Assembly: GCA_001643675.2 (NCBI GenBank)
Contig: LSRY02000012.1
Coordinates: forward strand, 1,116,001-1,180,000
Length of the DNA stretch: 64,000 nt
Source: Monocercomonoides exilis PA203
Lineage: Eukaryota; Protista; Preaxostyla
Direction: 5' to 3'
The notes under the pieces were generated by a model. That model was given only the letters and a program-made list of their open reading frames with translations. It did no database searches and was not told where the DNA came from. Positions within the stretch are counted from its first letter, which is position 1. Each line of letters starts with the position of its first letter. Shown here one piece after another: positions 12,116 to 25,217 of this stretch. Position numbers and translations under genes: made by a program.

Positions 12116-15100
12116 CTACCACTTCCAAATCATCCTTATGCCGCAATAAATACATCTTGGCCTTTTCCCAACAATCAGGGTTTCTCCATCATCGCCTGCA
12201 GTTGTTGATTTTGTGCTGCACTTATCCCTTTTCTCTCTTTTCGCCTTGTTGAAAGGTGAATACTCATAAAATATGTTTTCATAAGAAGAGAAATCTCTCA
12301 TTCCACAGTCAATCTCGTCAAGCACATTGCGATCTTTCTCCTCCCAACAATCGCCAGCTTTTCTCAAAATAGACACAAGAGACCGACTCAACGGGCGAAG
12401 ATTGCTTTTGTTCTGGCAGAGAGGGCATGTGTAACACTCTGGTGTCATCACAACGCCAAGTGTATGCAGACACCTCGCATGAATGTGCCCTTCACTGCAC
12501 TGCCCAACACACAGCCGCTCCAGCACAACTGGCTTTTGGCAGAAGGGGCAAGGCTCGGTGTATGTGATGGCCGAGGATACAGGAGCAGGAGGTGCTGTTG
12601 CTTGAGCTGGAGAAAATGAAATAGAAACGGATGAAGGCGTCGCCGGAGTCGAAGCTGGGACGCCTCCTGCTGCTGAAGGGAGTGCACTGGGATGGTAGCC
12701 ATCGGAATACAACTCGGATTTGATTTGACTCTGCACTTCGGCTGCTCTTTCGTCAAGCGCTTCGTCTTCTCGCAGAAGCAGCGAATCGCTCTGTGAAAAC
12801 GAGCGCAGCTGGCGGAGATACGCAGAGAAGCGCACAACCACGCCTGCGATAAAGATGTTAGAAGCTGATGGGGCAGAGACTGTCTGGTCAGCTGCGTTTG
12901 GTGGGGCAATCTCTGTATCGCCTGAAGACGCTGCTGGATCAGTCGATGATGCCAAAGACTCGCCTGCATCGTCCTTCAGAAGGTTGCGGAACAGCGAGTG
13001 GAGAATCTGGTCCTGCGACAGCTGCACATTCAGCAGCATTCCGTTCATTTTCTCTCCGTCGGCGCCTGCCTCCTCGCTCCGGCTGCTCGGATCTGGCTGG
13101 TCGAACTCTGGGAAAAGGGCATGTGTGATTCGGCGGGTAAGCGACTTGAAGCGCGAGTTGGTTGCGATGGCTTTGTAGCAGGAGACGATAAATGCCATGG
13201 AAAGCAGAGTGTCATCTTCGACGCTGTTGTCTGTGTGCCCGGTGATCACTCGGAGACTGTTTGAAAGCTGAAGGAGACGAATCATCATGTCACGCTCTTC
13301 TGTGGAGAATGAGAGAGACGAAAGAGACAGCACACGAGGATGCAACGAAGGAGGAACAGTTATCTGAGATGAAGAGGCTGATGGAGTTGGAAAAGAAGCA
13401 GTTGAAAGTTGAGTTGAAGTTTGCAAAGCAGGCTGAGGGGCAGCTGGAACTGAGCTTGCTGGTTGAGCTGCTGGCTGAAATAGTGGGAAGTCTGTTCAAA
13501 TTGTGAGAAAAAAACAAAAGAAGCAAAAAAAAAAAAAAAAAAGAATAATTTATCATCATTTTGAAATAATAAAGAGTATACTCATATCGATTATAGGTGG
13601 GATTTCATCGCTCTCGTTTTGGTCCTCCGATTCGCAGTCAGACCAATCATCATCCATTTGTTCACTGCCATCTCCGCTTGTTCCTAACTTCTGTGCCTCC
13701 TTCCTTTCCATCTTTTTTATTTCTTCTGCATTCTTCTTTTCGTTCCAATACCAATTCAAACGTGTTCTAAGCCACTCTGCGATTTTCCCCAGCCAGAAAA
13801 TCGTCTCAAGAACTCCTCTTCCAATTGATTGCGTACCACCATAGCTCTGAAACCCACTCGAAGATCCTGTTGCAGAAGAGAATGAAGAAGAAAGTGAAGA
13901 AGAAGAGGACGAATGAGTTCCAGACATGTCTCCAGCGCCTGCAGCTGATTGAGAAATGGCGTCAGCTGTTGCATCTGATGGAACAAGTGCAGACAGCGAG
14001 ACGAGATAGCACAGAAGAGAAGAATGGAATGGAGTGGACGAGAGGCGGAGAAAGATGCCCAACAGTAGATCCGCAATGGGAGAAAGCTTTGGGCGCTGTA
14101 ATGTCTGTTGCTGTTGTTGCTGCTGCCTCAGATCTGTAACAGGGAGAGGAGAAGTGACAGGGTTCATCATCATATTCTGAGGCTGTCTAATACCCATTCC
14201 CATTGGCACATTGTCAACAGGCACTCCGTCTGGCTTTTTCATTTCGTCGGGGCATGGTCCCGAGCGGCCCCAGGGGAAGAGAGGAATCAATGTCAGCTTT
14301 GCTCCATCGTCTGTCGGTTTTTTAGTCTTTCCGTGCTGGAAAAAGAGCGCATTGGATGCAGAAGCTGGAGCAGATCGCAACACAGCCACAAGCAGACCGT
14401 CCAGAGAAGACGCCAATCCCCAGAAAGGATAGGCATCTTTGAACTCACGTCGATAAGAAAGCGGATGGTGGAGAGGATGATTAAGCAAGGAGACTGTCGT
14501 CAAGGAAGTTGTTGGATCCCTTATGCTCTGTTCTGTCATGCTGGGTGAAGAAGCAGAAGCAGAAGCAGAAGCAGAAGCAGAAGCAGAAGCAGAAGATGAG
14601 CTATTTATTGCGCCATCATTTTCCTTTGGAGGAAACAGCGACGGGTTCCAGACGCATTCGCTTCCGTCAGCCGCGACTGAATGCAGCCCTCTGACAGAAA
14701 AGCACACACCAGTGACAATCCCTTGGTGAGCAAAGTAGTTCTGGTCACTTGCCACCAGACGAAACGGCGTCTGTGTCTGTGATTGTGCTGATGCTTGTTC
14801 AGCAGGAGAGAATGCAGAAGTCTGGTTGCTTTCATTGTAGTGGATGCTTTCTCTTTCGCTGTCCATCTGTTCTGCAATTTCAGAAGTACTGAATGATGGA
14901 GGAAGCGGAACAATGGGCTTTGCGTATGATACGCGATAGAGCGATACGGTGTTTCCTCGGCCAGCTGCTAAAAGACGTTCGTTGGGCCCTAAAACAGAAT
15001 ATGGTACTAAAATGGTGATATAGGAAGGTTAAAAAATATAATTAATTTGTGTTTATTGTTTAATAACAAAACATTTTGTATTTTATTTGTTGCAAAGAAA

Positions 15101-16857
15101 TTAATAGAAAGGAATTATTAGAAAGGAATAAAAAGAAAGAGAAAGAAAAAACAAACAGTTATGAAATGAATTTGGTGTGAAGAGAGTCGAAGGGTTGTCG
15201 TCGACAGCAAAAAGGGAGAGTGATTGGTATCCTTCAGAAAACGAAGGAGTTGGGTGAGGTGATTGAGAATCATGAGTGTTAGTATTTTCAGAAGGAGAAG
15301 AAGGAGAAGATGAAGAAGATGAAGATGAAGAAGATGATGATGATGATTGTGCTAAGTTTTGATGTGTAAGACTGTGAAGTGCAGCTGCTATGCTTGGATG
15401 CAAAGGTTTTTCTACACAAATTAATCAGAAGCCATAGATTAAATGAAAGTTATATATTCATAAATATTCAATCAATCTTCACAAACCCAGTGGAGAGCGG
15501 TTAGTCAGAGCAGCGGAAACGGAGAGATCAGATGCAGGAGATGGTGCACAAAAAGCAGATGGATTGGAAAAGCAGAGTGATGATACTCCACGCAAGTCAG
15601 GAGGCTGAGAAAATAATTTGAATGGCAGAAATGGCACATGTTAGAACGTGCCAATAGCAATGATTTCAAAAAAAAAGAAGGGGGAAAGAAAGGAAAGAAA
15701 GGAATTAATATTACTAAAGAGTCGATAAATGCAGCACCTGAATCAGTAAAGGAGAACCATAGTCACCCACAATCCATATTGATCCATCACTTCCACCGAC
15801 CGCCATTCCAAACGAATCTTGATATTTATAATTATTATTACAAAATTGATAATTTTGCTTTAAAAAGATATTCAGTGTTTCGCATACCCCATTTAATTTG
15901 TGTGACGCCTCCATTCAAAATAACCTGTTTTTCTCCAACAAATTCAAGTGTGTAGTTACTTTTTTAAAATTTGAAAGTTATATCCATATAAAAACATCAT
16001 TCATTGCAATAAAATAAATTAAAAGGAGTAAACTCTTTGTTGTGGTCAGTGTGAAAGCTCCAAACAACAACACTTCCCGATAGTGTTCCCATTGCAATAC
16101 GAGAAGGAGCTGAGGCCGACCAGCCAACAGCCGTGATAATCAACTTTGAATACCTACGACGATATTCTGCGCATGATATCTTCAATTTTAAAAAAGGAAA
16201 AGAAGTTTAAGTATTTCTTTAAAAGATGAAGAATTTCCAAACAGGCTTAGACAAATCAATATTTCCAGAAAATAGCATTGCGTTCCACGCAGCTGAAACA
16301 GAAACAACCTTTTCAAAAGAAAATGAATAAATATAAAAATTGAAAATAAAAAACCATCTTCCAGTTTATTACAAGCGGTTCTGTTGGGGTTCTATAGATA
16401 TTTAGATGACCAGAAGATGTACAAACTGCGAGAAGGCATGTGCCATGTGGCCCCAATCCAGGTCTTGACCAGGCCATGCATGCAACTCCAATATCTTTGA
16501 TTGTTCGTGTTAAAAAATCAAGAGGTGATTCTTTGGAACATGAATGTTTCAAACAAAATGAAATTTAAATATTTTGAAAATATAACTCAATCACACGATC
16601 TCTAGCAATTGTCCCAATTTCATACGGCTTTTCGCGAAATAGTTCAATGCAACCTCTACATGTGTTAAGTGAAGGAGGATACTAAAGAACAAAAAAAATA
16701 AAAAATTCAAATTATTGCAATCATTTGTATTTAAAAGTTGGCAGACATAAATATTAATATAACTTGAAGTAGCAATAGCTAGTTGGTTATCGTCACTCCA
16801 TTGTAATACATTTGGAGTCTCAACTGCCGCAAAAACCTTTGTTGAAGATGAGGACAT
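12116..16857 (-). CDS. GTF3C4: TFIIIC 90 kDa subunit (GTF3C4/Tfc8)-like, multi-exon
   Basis: N-terminal PNVLQWSDDNQLAIAT and AWSRPGLGPHGTCLLAVCTSSGHLNIY resemble the TFIIIC-delta N-terminus. WD-like exons follow. The C-terminal CPFC..CSEGHIHARC..CPLC..CIYCG matches zf-TFIIIC. Internal exon borders are approximate. Confidence 0.78.
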
Positions 16858-17033
16858 TTTTATAATAAAAAGAAAGGGCACATTTTTCAAAATAAATCGG
16901 GTTGTATTCCTTCTGCTTTTATGAGCAAATTCTTTTGTTTTAAACTAATCACAGAAAAGTCTACCATAATAAAAAAATTGAAATGATAAATGATGATAAA
17001 CATTGGTAGAAATTTATAATTTTGCTTATCTTA

Positions 17034-18626
17034 ATGGCAACCGCAAGTGAGGCTGCTTTATCTTTGCATTCAATAAATCCACGAGTTATTGCTGCGGAGT
17101 ATGCAGTGAGAGGACGAGTTCCAAAACGTGCTGAAGAAATTGAAAACCGAATAAAATCTGGTGAAAAATATCCATTTAACAAGGTTATGTATTGCAATAT
17201 TGGTAACCCTCACAAACTTGGACAGCATCCAATTTCGTATTTTCGACAACTTTGTAGCATCTTGTTTTATCCAGACCTTCTTGAAGAAAAAGCCGTAAGT
17301 TCATTGTTTCCATTGGACATACAAAAGCGAGCACGCTCAATTTTGGCACAAATACCAGGAGGCATTGGAGCATATTCAATTAGTCAAGGTTTTCCTTTTG
17401 TGAGAAATGATGTCGCTGAGTTCATTACAAAGCGCGATGGCTATGAATGCGATAAAGATTCGATTTTCTTAACCCAAGGTGCGTCAGCTGGAGTTAGCGT
17501 TGTATTAAATTTGTTGATAGCCTCTGAAAATGATGGTTGCTTGATTCCTATTCCACAATATCCCCTTTATTCCGGAACATTATCACTTCTCGGTGCAAAA
17601 GAAGTTCCATATCAACTTGATGAGCAATCTCATTGGTCGCTATCTATGGATTCTATCAAAAAGGCTGTTGAAGACTCTGAAAGTTTAGGAGTTCATCTGA
17701 AAGGGTTGGTTGTTATCAATCCAGGAAATCCAACAGGTACTTGCCTATCTGAAGAGAACATCAAAGACATCCTTTTCTTCGCAAATGCCCACAAAATTGC
17801 CGTTTTGGCTGATGAGGTCTATCAAACAAATATCTATAATCCAGCTGAAAAGCCGTTTGTGTCGTTTAGGCATGTGCTGAAAAAGTACAGCAATGAGCTC
17901 AAATCTGTTGTGCTTTTTTCATTCCATTCAGTTTCTAAGGGATTTGTTGGTGAATGTGGGTTTAGAGGAGGCTATTTTCAGACTGAAGGGTTAGATCAAG
18001 ATGTCCACAACCAAATATTGAAGCTTCAGTCGCTTTCGTTGTGCCCGAATGTCATGGGCCAGATTTTAGTTGACTTGATGGTGAAGCCACCAACTCCCGA
18101 AGATGAGTCGTATCCTCTTTATCTGGCTGAAAGCACTGCAATCCTATCTTCGCTAAAAAGGCGCGCGTTAAGACTCAGCGCCGCTTTGAATGATCTGCCT
18201 GGCTGCTCCTGTCAGCCAATAGAAGCAGCTCTTTATGCGTTTCCTTCCATCAAAATTCCTCCAAAAGCAGTTCAGGCTGCACATGATAAGGGACACTCTC
18301 CAGATGAATTTTACTGTCTTTCCTTGTTGGAAGAGGAAGGCATCTGTGTTGTGCCTGGCTCTGGTTTTGGGCAAAAGGATGGATCTTTTCACTTCCGCAC
18401 GACAATTCTGCCTCGCGAAGAAGACTTTGACGATCTTATTCACAGATTTAAGGAGCATCACATTCGCTTTCTTGAAAAATGGGGTGCGGAACAAGATGTT
18501 GAAAAAATGCTGGAAGAAGAAAAGAAAGAAGAGAACGAACAAAAAGATCACTTGCACTATTTATCTCATCTCAAGTCATCAAAACCGTCTTGCCTTAAGA
18601 AAAATTCATCTGATAATTTCATGTAA
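17034..18626 (+). CDS. GPT: Alanine aminotransferase (class I PLP-dependent), intronless
   Basis: Motifs EYAVRG, CNIGNP, IPIPQYPLYS, VINPGNPTG, ADEVYQ, SVSKGFVGECGFRGGY (PLP lysine) and VPGSGFGQ..HFRTTILP. Confidence 0.95.
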   Translation: MATASEAALSLHSINPRVIAAEYAVRGRVPKRAEEIENRIKSGEKYPFNKVMYCNIGNPHKLGQHPISYFRQLCSILFYPDLLEEKAVSSLFPLDIQKRARSILAQIPGGIGAYSISQGFPFVRNDVAEFITKRDGYECDKDSIFLTQGASAGVSVVLNLLIASENDGCLIPIPQYPLYSGTLSLLGAKEVPYQLDEQSHWSLSMDSIKKAVEDSESLGVHLKGLVVINPGNPTGTCLSEENIKDILFFANAHKIAVLADEVYQTNIYNPAEKPFVSFRHVLKKYSNELKSVVLFSFHSVSKGFVGECGFRGGYFQTEGLDQDVHNQILKLQSLSLCPNVMGQILVDLMVKPPTPEDESYPLYLAESTAILSSLKRRALRLSAALNDLPGCSCQPIEAALYAFPSIKIPPKAVQAAHDKGHSPDEFYCLSLLEEEGICVVPGSGFGQKDGSFHFRTTILPREEDFDDLIHRFKEHHIRFLEKWGAEQDVEKMLEEEKKEENEQKDHLHYLSHLKSSKPSCLKKNSSDNFM

Positions 18627-19284
18627 AATATGTGAAACTGAATTTTTATTTTGAATATAGAAATTTTTCGTGTAGGTTCGTTTATTCAAAATATTCTTTT
18701 GAGCGTTTTATAACGTGTTCGTTTTTTATTGTACATTTGTGTTTTCACCAATAAATCTTTTGAAACAACATGAATTTGTTTGTAGCTTATCGCAAGTATT
18801 TCTGATATTTTGCAGTTATTTATTGTTTAATTAATGAGTTGTTTATAAGCTAACTTAGATTTTGTGATACAAAATTATACGTATGTCTCTTTTTACCATG
18901 TTTGCAACATTTCTTGATCCATCAACCGAATGCATAACGATTAATCAAGCTATAAACATTCTTCAATCCTTCGAGATCATAACAATAAATGTTGAACAGT
19001 TGCTCATTTGAAAGAAGAAGGTTAATTGTTTTCCTATTTTTTTGTGGAAAGCACTGTTTATTTCTGTTTTGAAAGGCAAAAATGCCATATTCTTTTTTTT
19101 TTCATATTTGTGCAAAATTGTAAATTTCAACGTTATTCTTTGCATTGCTTTTCATGAAATTCAATTCAGAGTGTTTATCTTTACAAATATATTAGTTCCA
19201 TATTTCTGCACAAAAAAAAAATAAAAATGATCATTATATATTATTTATAACTTCAAATTATTATTGTTGAATTCTTCATTTACA

Positions 19285-19752
19285 ATGGATACAATGTCAT
19301 TAAAAATTGTATGTAAATGTTATATTTAATTTAGCATATTTAAAGATTCATCTAATTGTCCAATTTTGTAATAATTCAAAAATTATTGATGAAATTTAAA
19401 TTTTTGTGATTTCAGGTTCAAGATGAAGATCCAAAAAATGCTACTTTCATATTTATGAACGAAGATCATACACTGGGAAATTCGCTGAGATATATCTTAT
19501 CAAAACAGTTTGCTCATTCTTTTTCCTCAAAATGCTTTATTTGGATTTATTTTGATTTCAATTAAAAGTCCAAGCGTTTCTTTTGTTGGATACAGCGTTC
19601 CACATCCTTATGAACCAAAAATGCATCTTCGCCTGCAAACTAATGGACCTCCAGCAAAAGATGTTCTTCTGGAAGGAGCAAAACAACTGAAAATGCTTGC
19701 TACACATTTAAAATCTCAATATGTTGAAGAAGAAAAGCGTCAATCATCATAA
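19285..19752 (+). CDS. POLR1D: RNA polymerase I/III shared subunit AC19 (RPAC2); exons ~19285-19308, 19416-19507, 19569-19752
   Basis: Spliced product is NATFIFMNEDHTLGNSLRYILSKHPSVSFVGYSVPHPYEPKMHLRLQT. The LRY and GYSxPHP motifs favour AC19 over RPB11. The first exon is less certain. Confidence 0.85.
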
Positions 19753-19916
19753 ACACTAATTTCAATTCATTTCATTTCATAACTTTTTATGTATTGTTTA
19801 AAATTTTAGAAAACAGTTTATCTCAAAGATCTATTTTTGATGGGAATTGGGGAAAGATAAGTACAAATAATGGTAAAAACAATAGAGTGAGAAGGAAAAG
19901 CGAAGTGATAAATTTA

Positions 19917-22900
19917 TTAATTTCGTTGGATATATGATCCGATCCTGCAAAGAGAGCATCTTTGATCTGCATGCTTAGATGACACTTTCACTCCACACCA
20001 AGAGCAGTTGCATGGTGCCTCTTCTTTCTTCAGTCCAATCATATCTTCACAGCAAACGCACCATGTTTCTTTTTCGTTATATCTAAGCTCTTCCTGAGGC
20101 TCTGCATCTGTAGACTCATCAATAAGTGAAATATCGCATGGAGGGATGGCCTTCCTATCAGATCTAAAGCTTTTCTTTGAAGATGAAGCAGCTGTTTCTT
20201 CTTTCGCAAGCTGCTGCTGGGCAAATGCTGCAACTTTTTGTGCTTTTTCCTTCAGGGCATCTCCTTCCGCATCAACATTCAACAGACGCTGCGCAAAACG
20301 CCCTGCAGCAATGTGCTTACCTGCTTTGTAGAACAAGTTCATTGCCTGTCTCAGTGTCAGCATCATATGCTCATTCATCAGTTCAGCATGTGTTAGAAGT
20401 GCAGACAAAATCAGCTGTCTGTTTGCAGCATTTGCTGAAGAGCTGTCTTTAATCGAGCGTCGCTTGAGCTCAATCCGTGCAGCAAGAGCATATTCGCGTC
20501 CTAATGCAATTAATGAAGCAAGTCTTCCTTTTCTCTTTTTGTGTGTGCCTTCGTTGCTTTCATCTTCCTCTTCCTCGTCTTCCTCGTCTCCTTCTCCTCC
20601 GAATGCCTCGTCCTCAGCATCTTCATCAATGAATGCGAGCAAATGCAGCAGCTTCATAGCTTCTTTCCCAACCTCTTCAAACATCCCATTTGACATGTTT
20701 TTGAGAATAGAAGAGCGGAGCGGATTGAGAGAAGAAAAAGTGATGATGCGAAGAGGCTTTTCTGGTGTGAGTGCAACTGGAACCTGCGCAAAGCTCGATG
20801 CTGCTCCAGAAACAGAAGCAAAGAGCGAAGAAGAGCTGGCCAGCTTCAGGAAAGTCTGGCGGAGTGGGGAAGGATGTGTCACTCCTCGTTCAGACAGGAG
20901 CTCAATGGCAGCTTCGACATCACCGCACATCGCATGTATCTGCGGAGAATTGTGGTTGTCGTTCATCCAAATTGTACTCACATCTTTGCCTTTCTTTGGA
21001 ATTTGGATGCTCTTTTTCTTGCCCGATGATGAAGGTGAGATGGCATCCTCGCTTGAGTCGTTGTCTTTCTCCTCTGAATCTTCTTCAGCATCAACTGGAA
21101 TCGAGTCTATTTCGATATCTTCGTCTTCTTCATTCCACCCTCCTTTCTTCGACTTTCCTCCTTTGGATTTCGAGCTCTTCTTCTTTTCTTCCTCAAGATC
21201 AGGAACATCCACATCATCATCCTCGTCCCATCCTTTGCCTCCACTTGGGGAAGCATCTTTCTTTCCCTTCGATTTCTTCTGTCCTTCTTGTTCATCTTGC
21301 TCGTCATCGCCACCCACCAGAGATGAAAGAGAAGGAGAAGGCGAAGGAGAAGGAGAGGGTGATGGTGACATCTGCAGCATCTGCTCATATTGCTCCATCT
21401 GCTTGGGCGTCTTCGAGGGAATCATTGGCCAGTTCCCTTCGCCTACAGAAATGACATATGGAGGAAGCAGCAGCTGGGGCTCAGTGAAGCGAGTGTAAGG
21501 GCGGGTGAGATGGGAATCTGAAAGAAGCGCTGGATCAGCTTTTGCTCCGCCAGGTGTCATTGTCAGTGCCTCGTCTGGAATTGAATCCAGAACTGAATAT
21601 CCTTCTTGCTGTGCTTTTTTCATAATTGCAATCTTTTTCTCTCTTTGTGCTTCTTTTCTCTTCTGTTTTTCTTCTTCACTTGCTCCTTCCTCTTCTTCCT
21701 CTTCTTCCTCATCCTCTGCCCCTTCAACACCAATCCCGTGGATCGCCAAAACATGCTCCGCCATCTTCTCGTGCTTTCCTGTTGATGCAAGTGACTTCGC
21801 CACATCCACAATGCTTCCGCTTAACAGCCCGTTCTGCAGCTGAAGCCCTGGATCCCCGACTTTCCCAGCCACAGCGGCCATCTTCTCCAGTTTGGTAAGC
21901 TGGCCAGTGATCAGATACAGCCACGACAGGCGGTCGAAGGAAAACGCAGCTTGCAGCGCCTGTTCAGCCACGGTGATGTTGCCGTGCTGCACAGCAACAG
22001 CCGCCAGCCGCTCAATCAGCGCTTTGTCGCCCAGCTCCATTGCAATGTGCTGCGCCTGGATGATGTCTCCAGCAGACAGCGCCAGTTCAAAGCGCTGTTT
22101 GGGGTCAGAGATAAGCTGACTGGCGAGTCCTGGATACCCAGCCTGCGTCACAGCATCTGCCACTGAGGCAGACTTGAACTTTTTATGCGACACCAAAAGC
22201 TGCTTTGCCTCTGTTGTCTTGCCTTCTCTCAGTTTTTCTCTCAGCTCGAGATCGAAGCGGTCCAGCCGCGACATCACGATCTGCCCCTGGTTGTCCAGCG
22301 TCACGAACTGCTTCTGCCCGACCGACACCAAAAAGTTGGGCACTTCCACAGACTGGACGATGCCTCCTGTTCCGTCGAGAAGCAGATATTTCACATGCGA
22401 CCACGTGATGTAGAAAAAGATGGGCAGCGAAGTAGCAGATGAAGACCAATCCCAGCAGCCAGATTTGATTCTGAGCGACTCGAATTTCTGAGTGATGAGA
22501 GAAAGAAGAGAGGATTGTGAAGCTTTCTGCCCAGTCGATGAAGAAGATGACGACGCAAAGACGATCGAAGGTGATGGGGCTCCGGACACATTTCTCCGGC
22601 AGATGTATATTTTGTGCTTGCCCACAAAAGCGATGTGAATTGAGTCTGGCGCGTAGTGCACGTGTCGCACTTTCTCTGCCTTCACTGCTGCAATGTCGAT
22701 CTTCTGCTCCACGTCAAACAGAAGAACGTGCGTATCTGTCGCCAAAAACAGCATTCCTGTGCTTGGCCCTGCGAACAGCTTTTCTGCTTTAGCCAGCGGA
22801 GGATACTGCGCAGGCGTCAGTTTGTGCAGGACGTTGTTGTGTCTGTCGATAAAGTGAAGCTCCCGATTGCTCTGCAAAGCCGCAAAGTTCGTGCGCGAAT

Positions 22901-24791
22901 ACCACGCAACATCAATAACATTGTCCCCTCTCCCCAGCAGCGTCCAGCCGCCACCAAGAAGAGTGCCATTCGGTTCTACCTCAGACTCTCGTGATTTCCC
23001 TTTGTCCTTCCCTTTGCCTCCAAAGCCCAGAAATCCCTTTGACCTGCTTGAAGACGAGCTGCTTACTTGAGATGCGGTGTCTGCCATGCCCACAATTTCA
23101 TATCCAGCCAGCCTGTCATCTTCGTTGCTGTTCCTTTCTCTCGTTCGGTCGTCTGATCCCTGCGGATGATAATACGTAACCAGGAACGTTCTCCCTGCCT
23201 GGTTCCAGTGCAGCGACCTCACAGCCGCCTGAGGAAATTCTGGCTTGAACAGAAAGTGCTCTGTCTTCCTCGCCAGATCCACCTGCACCACACCCAGCTG
23301 CTGGCGCGCGATTGTCCCGTCTTCCTTCACAGCAGTGCCCACGCGGCGCGCAAGGAACATCGTTTGATGTCCGACACCATTGTCTCCATGTGCTGATTCA
23401 GCAACAGGCCCTGAAATCCCACCGCTGAGAGGCAGCTCAACCGCCGGCCTCTCTTTGAATAGCTTGAAGGCAATAAAGCCAGAATCGTGCCCAGCAGCAA
23501 TCACATTCAAGCGCGGATGGCATGCCAGACACCAGAAACGGTCTGTGTCGCGTTTGTACGTGAAGACCGCATGCTTCTTCCAGGCCCATATTTTCAGCGT
23601 CTTATCTTCGCTGTTAGAGAGGATGACATCGCCGATCGTTTGCCCGCCATCGCTGTCGCTGTCTCGGTCATCCTTGTTCTCAGCTGCGATAGCCTTCGAG
23701 TTAAATGGATAAAACGCCACAGCACAAACATTGTGATTGTGGCCTGCCATTGTCTTCAGTTGCACATACGAAGTGCCGTCAGCATTTATCTTAAAGACAC
23801 GCACAGTATGGTCATCTGAACCACTGACAAGACGCGTTCCATCTTCGCTCCACTCAACGCAATTGACACCTCTGTGATGCTCTTGAATTTCAAATCTAAG
23901 GAAGCCTTGTTCAACTGCTGAAGTCAATTTCGGGATATCCAGCATTGCCACGGTCGTTGATAGCAATGATTGTGATTGTGCATCTAGAAGATTCGGATGG
24001 TTATAGAAATGAAAATTTAAATTACTCCAAATTATTAAAAGCCAAACTTGAAATGTCCCAAACGCGGATTGTCCCATCAAGTGATCCCGTTGCAACAAGT
24101 GGTAATGAAGGATGAAAACGAGCAGACATAACATAATGCGTATGTCCAACTAAAGTTAAAATACATCTTCCAGTTTTATATTCCCAAATCTTTGCCGTTT
24201 TATCATCAGAAGCACTTAGAATCCACGGTTGAGTCTTGTGAAATTGAACAGAACGGACATAATCCTGTGGAAATATAAAAGAAAATGGAAAATGAAAAAA
24301 TGGCTTCGTGATTATAAGTTATGAAATTTAGCATACAGTGTGACCTTGAAATATTTGAAGACAAATTTTTCGCTTGTAATTCCAAAGTCTGACAGTTGTG
24401 TCATCGCTTCCTGAACAAAAATAGGGCTCTGTAGGATGAAAATCAATACCCCTAACCGCGCCTGATTGTTTTCAATCCAAACAATTGAAAAATTCGATCG
24501 TGGGTCGAATTCAAAATGGAAAAGAAAAATATTTAAAATAAAAGAATAAAGAGTATTGAAACAACAAAGAATATTTATTGTAAATAGAGAGAACATTCGA
24601 TTCAAACTTTTGTGTTCATGAAATGTATGGAGCAATGTTCCGAGTCTCCAATCACGTAACAAAATTTGTCCATTGTGGCATGATGTGAGAATCCAAGGGC
24701 GCGTAGGATGAAATGCAAGCGCTTTTACTCGATTTGAGCGTGATTCAAATTTTTGTAGAAGGTGAAAAGGTGTGCCTTGAACAATTGACAT
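19917..24791 (-). CDS. COPA: Coatomer subunit alpha (alpha-COP), introns in the 5' WD40 region
   Basis: [46 protein letters not shown], acidic GW motifs in the linker, and a C-terminal Cys cluster. Confidence 0.95.
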
Positions 24792-25217
24792 CTAACCCTT
24801 TGCTCGAACAAAGGTTTATTTGATCAAAAAAAAAAAAAAGTTATAAATAAACTAATTATCATGGATTAAAATATTTTATAAACAGATTTCAGATCAGGTT
24901 TTCGTCTTTTTTTAATAAAATTACCAAATAATAGTGAATAAATCTGAAAAATGTTTTCTAGTATCACAAATGCAATTAAAAATAGTTTTACTCAATTTTG
25001 TCATGAATAACTATTTAAATATATGTTTTGTAAAATAAATTCTATTAAATGGATGTTTTGAAAATTATTATTGGTAACGTGACTGTGAAAAATGTTGAGA
25101 AGTGAAACAAAATTTTTCACATTTTTGGTGATGTCTTTTAAATTTCTTCATAATTTTCTAATTTTAAATAATTTTCTTTCGCTTTCTTTGCCTAATTGTC
25201 AGATAAAAAGTTCAATG

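Noticed and set aside
12116-19752. A Pol III gene cluster (TFIIIC90 plus AC19)
   Set aside because: Only two genes, separated by GPT, with no shared motif seen. Chance proximity is sufficient.
1658-23819. Many overlapping and antisense ORFs in the track
   Set aside because: They are shadows of (TCT)n/(GAA)n low-complexity and coiled-coil coding sequence that lacks stops in other frames, with no independent motifs.
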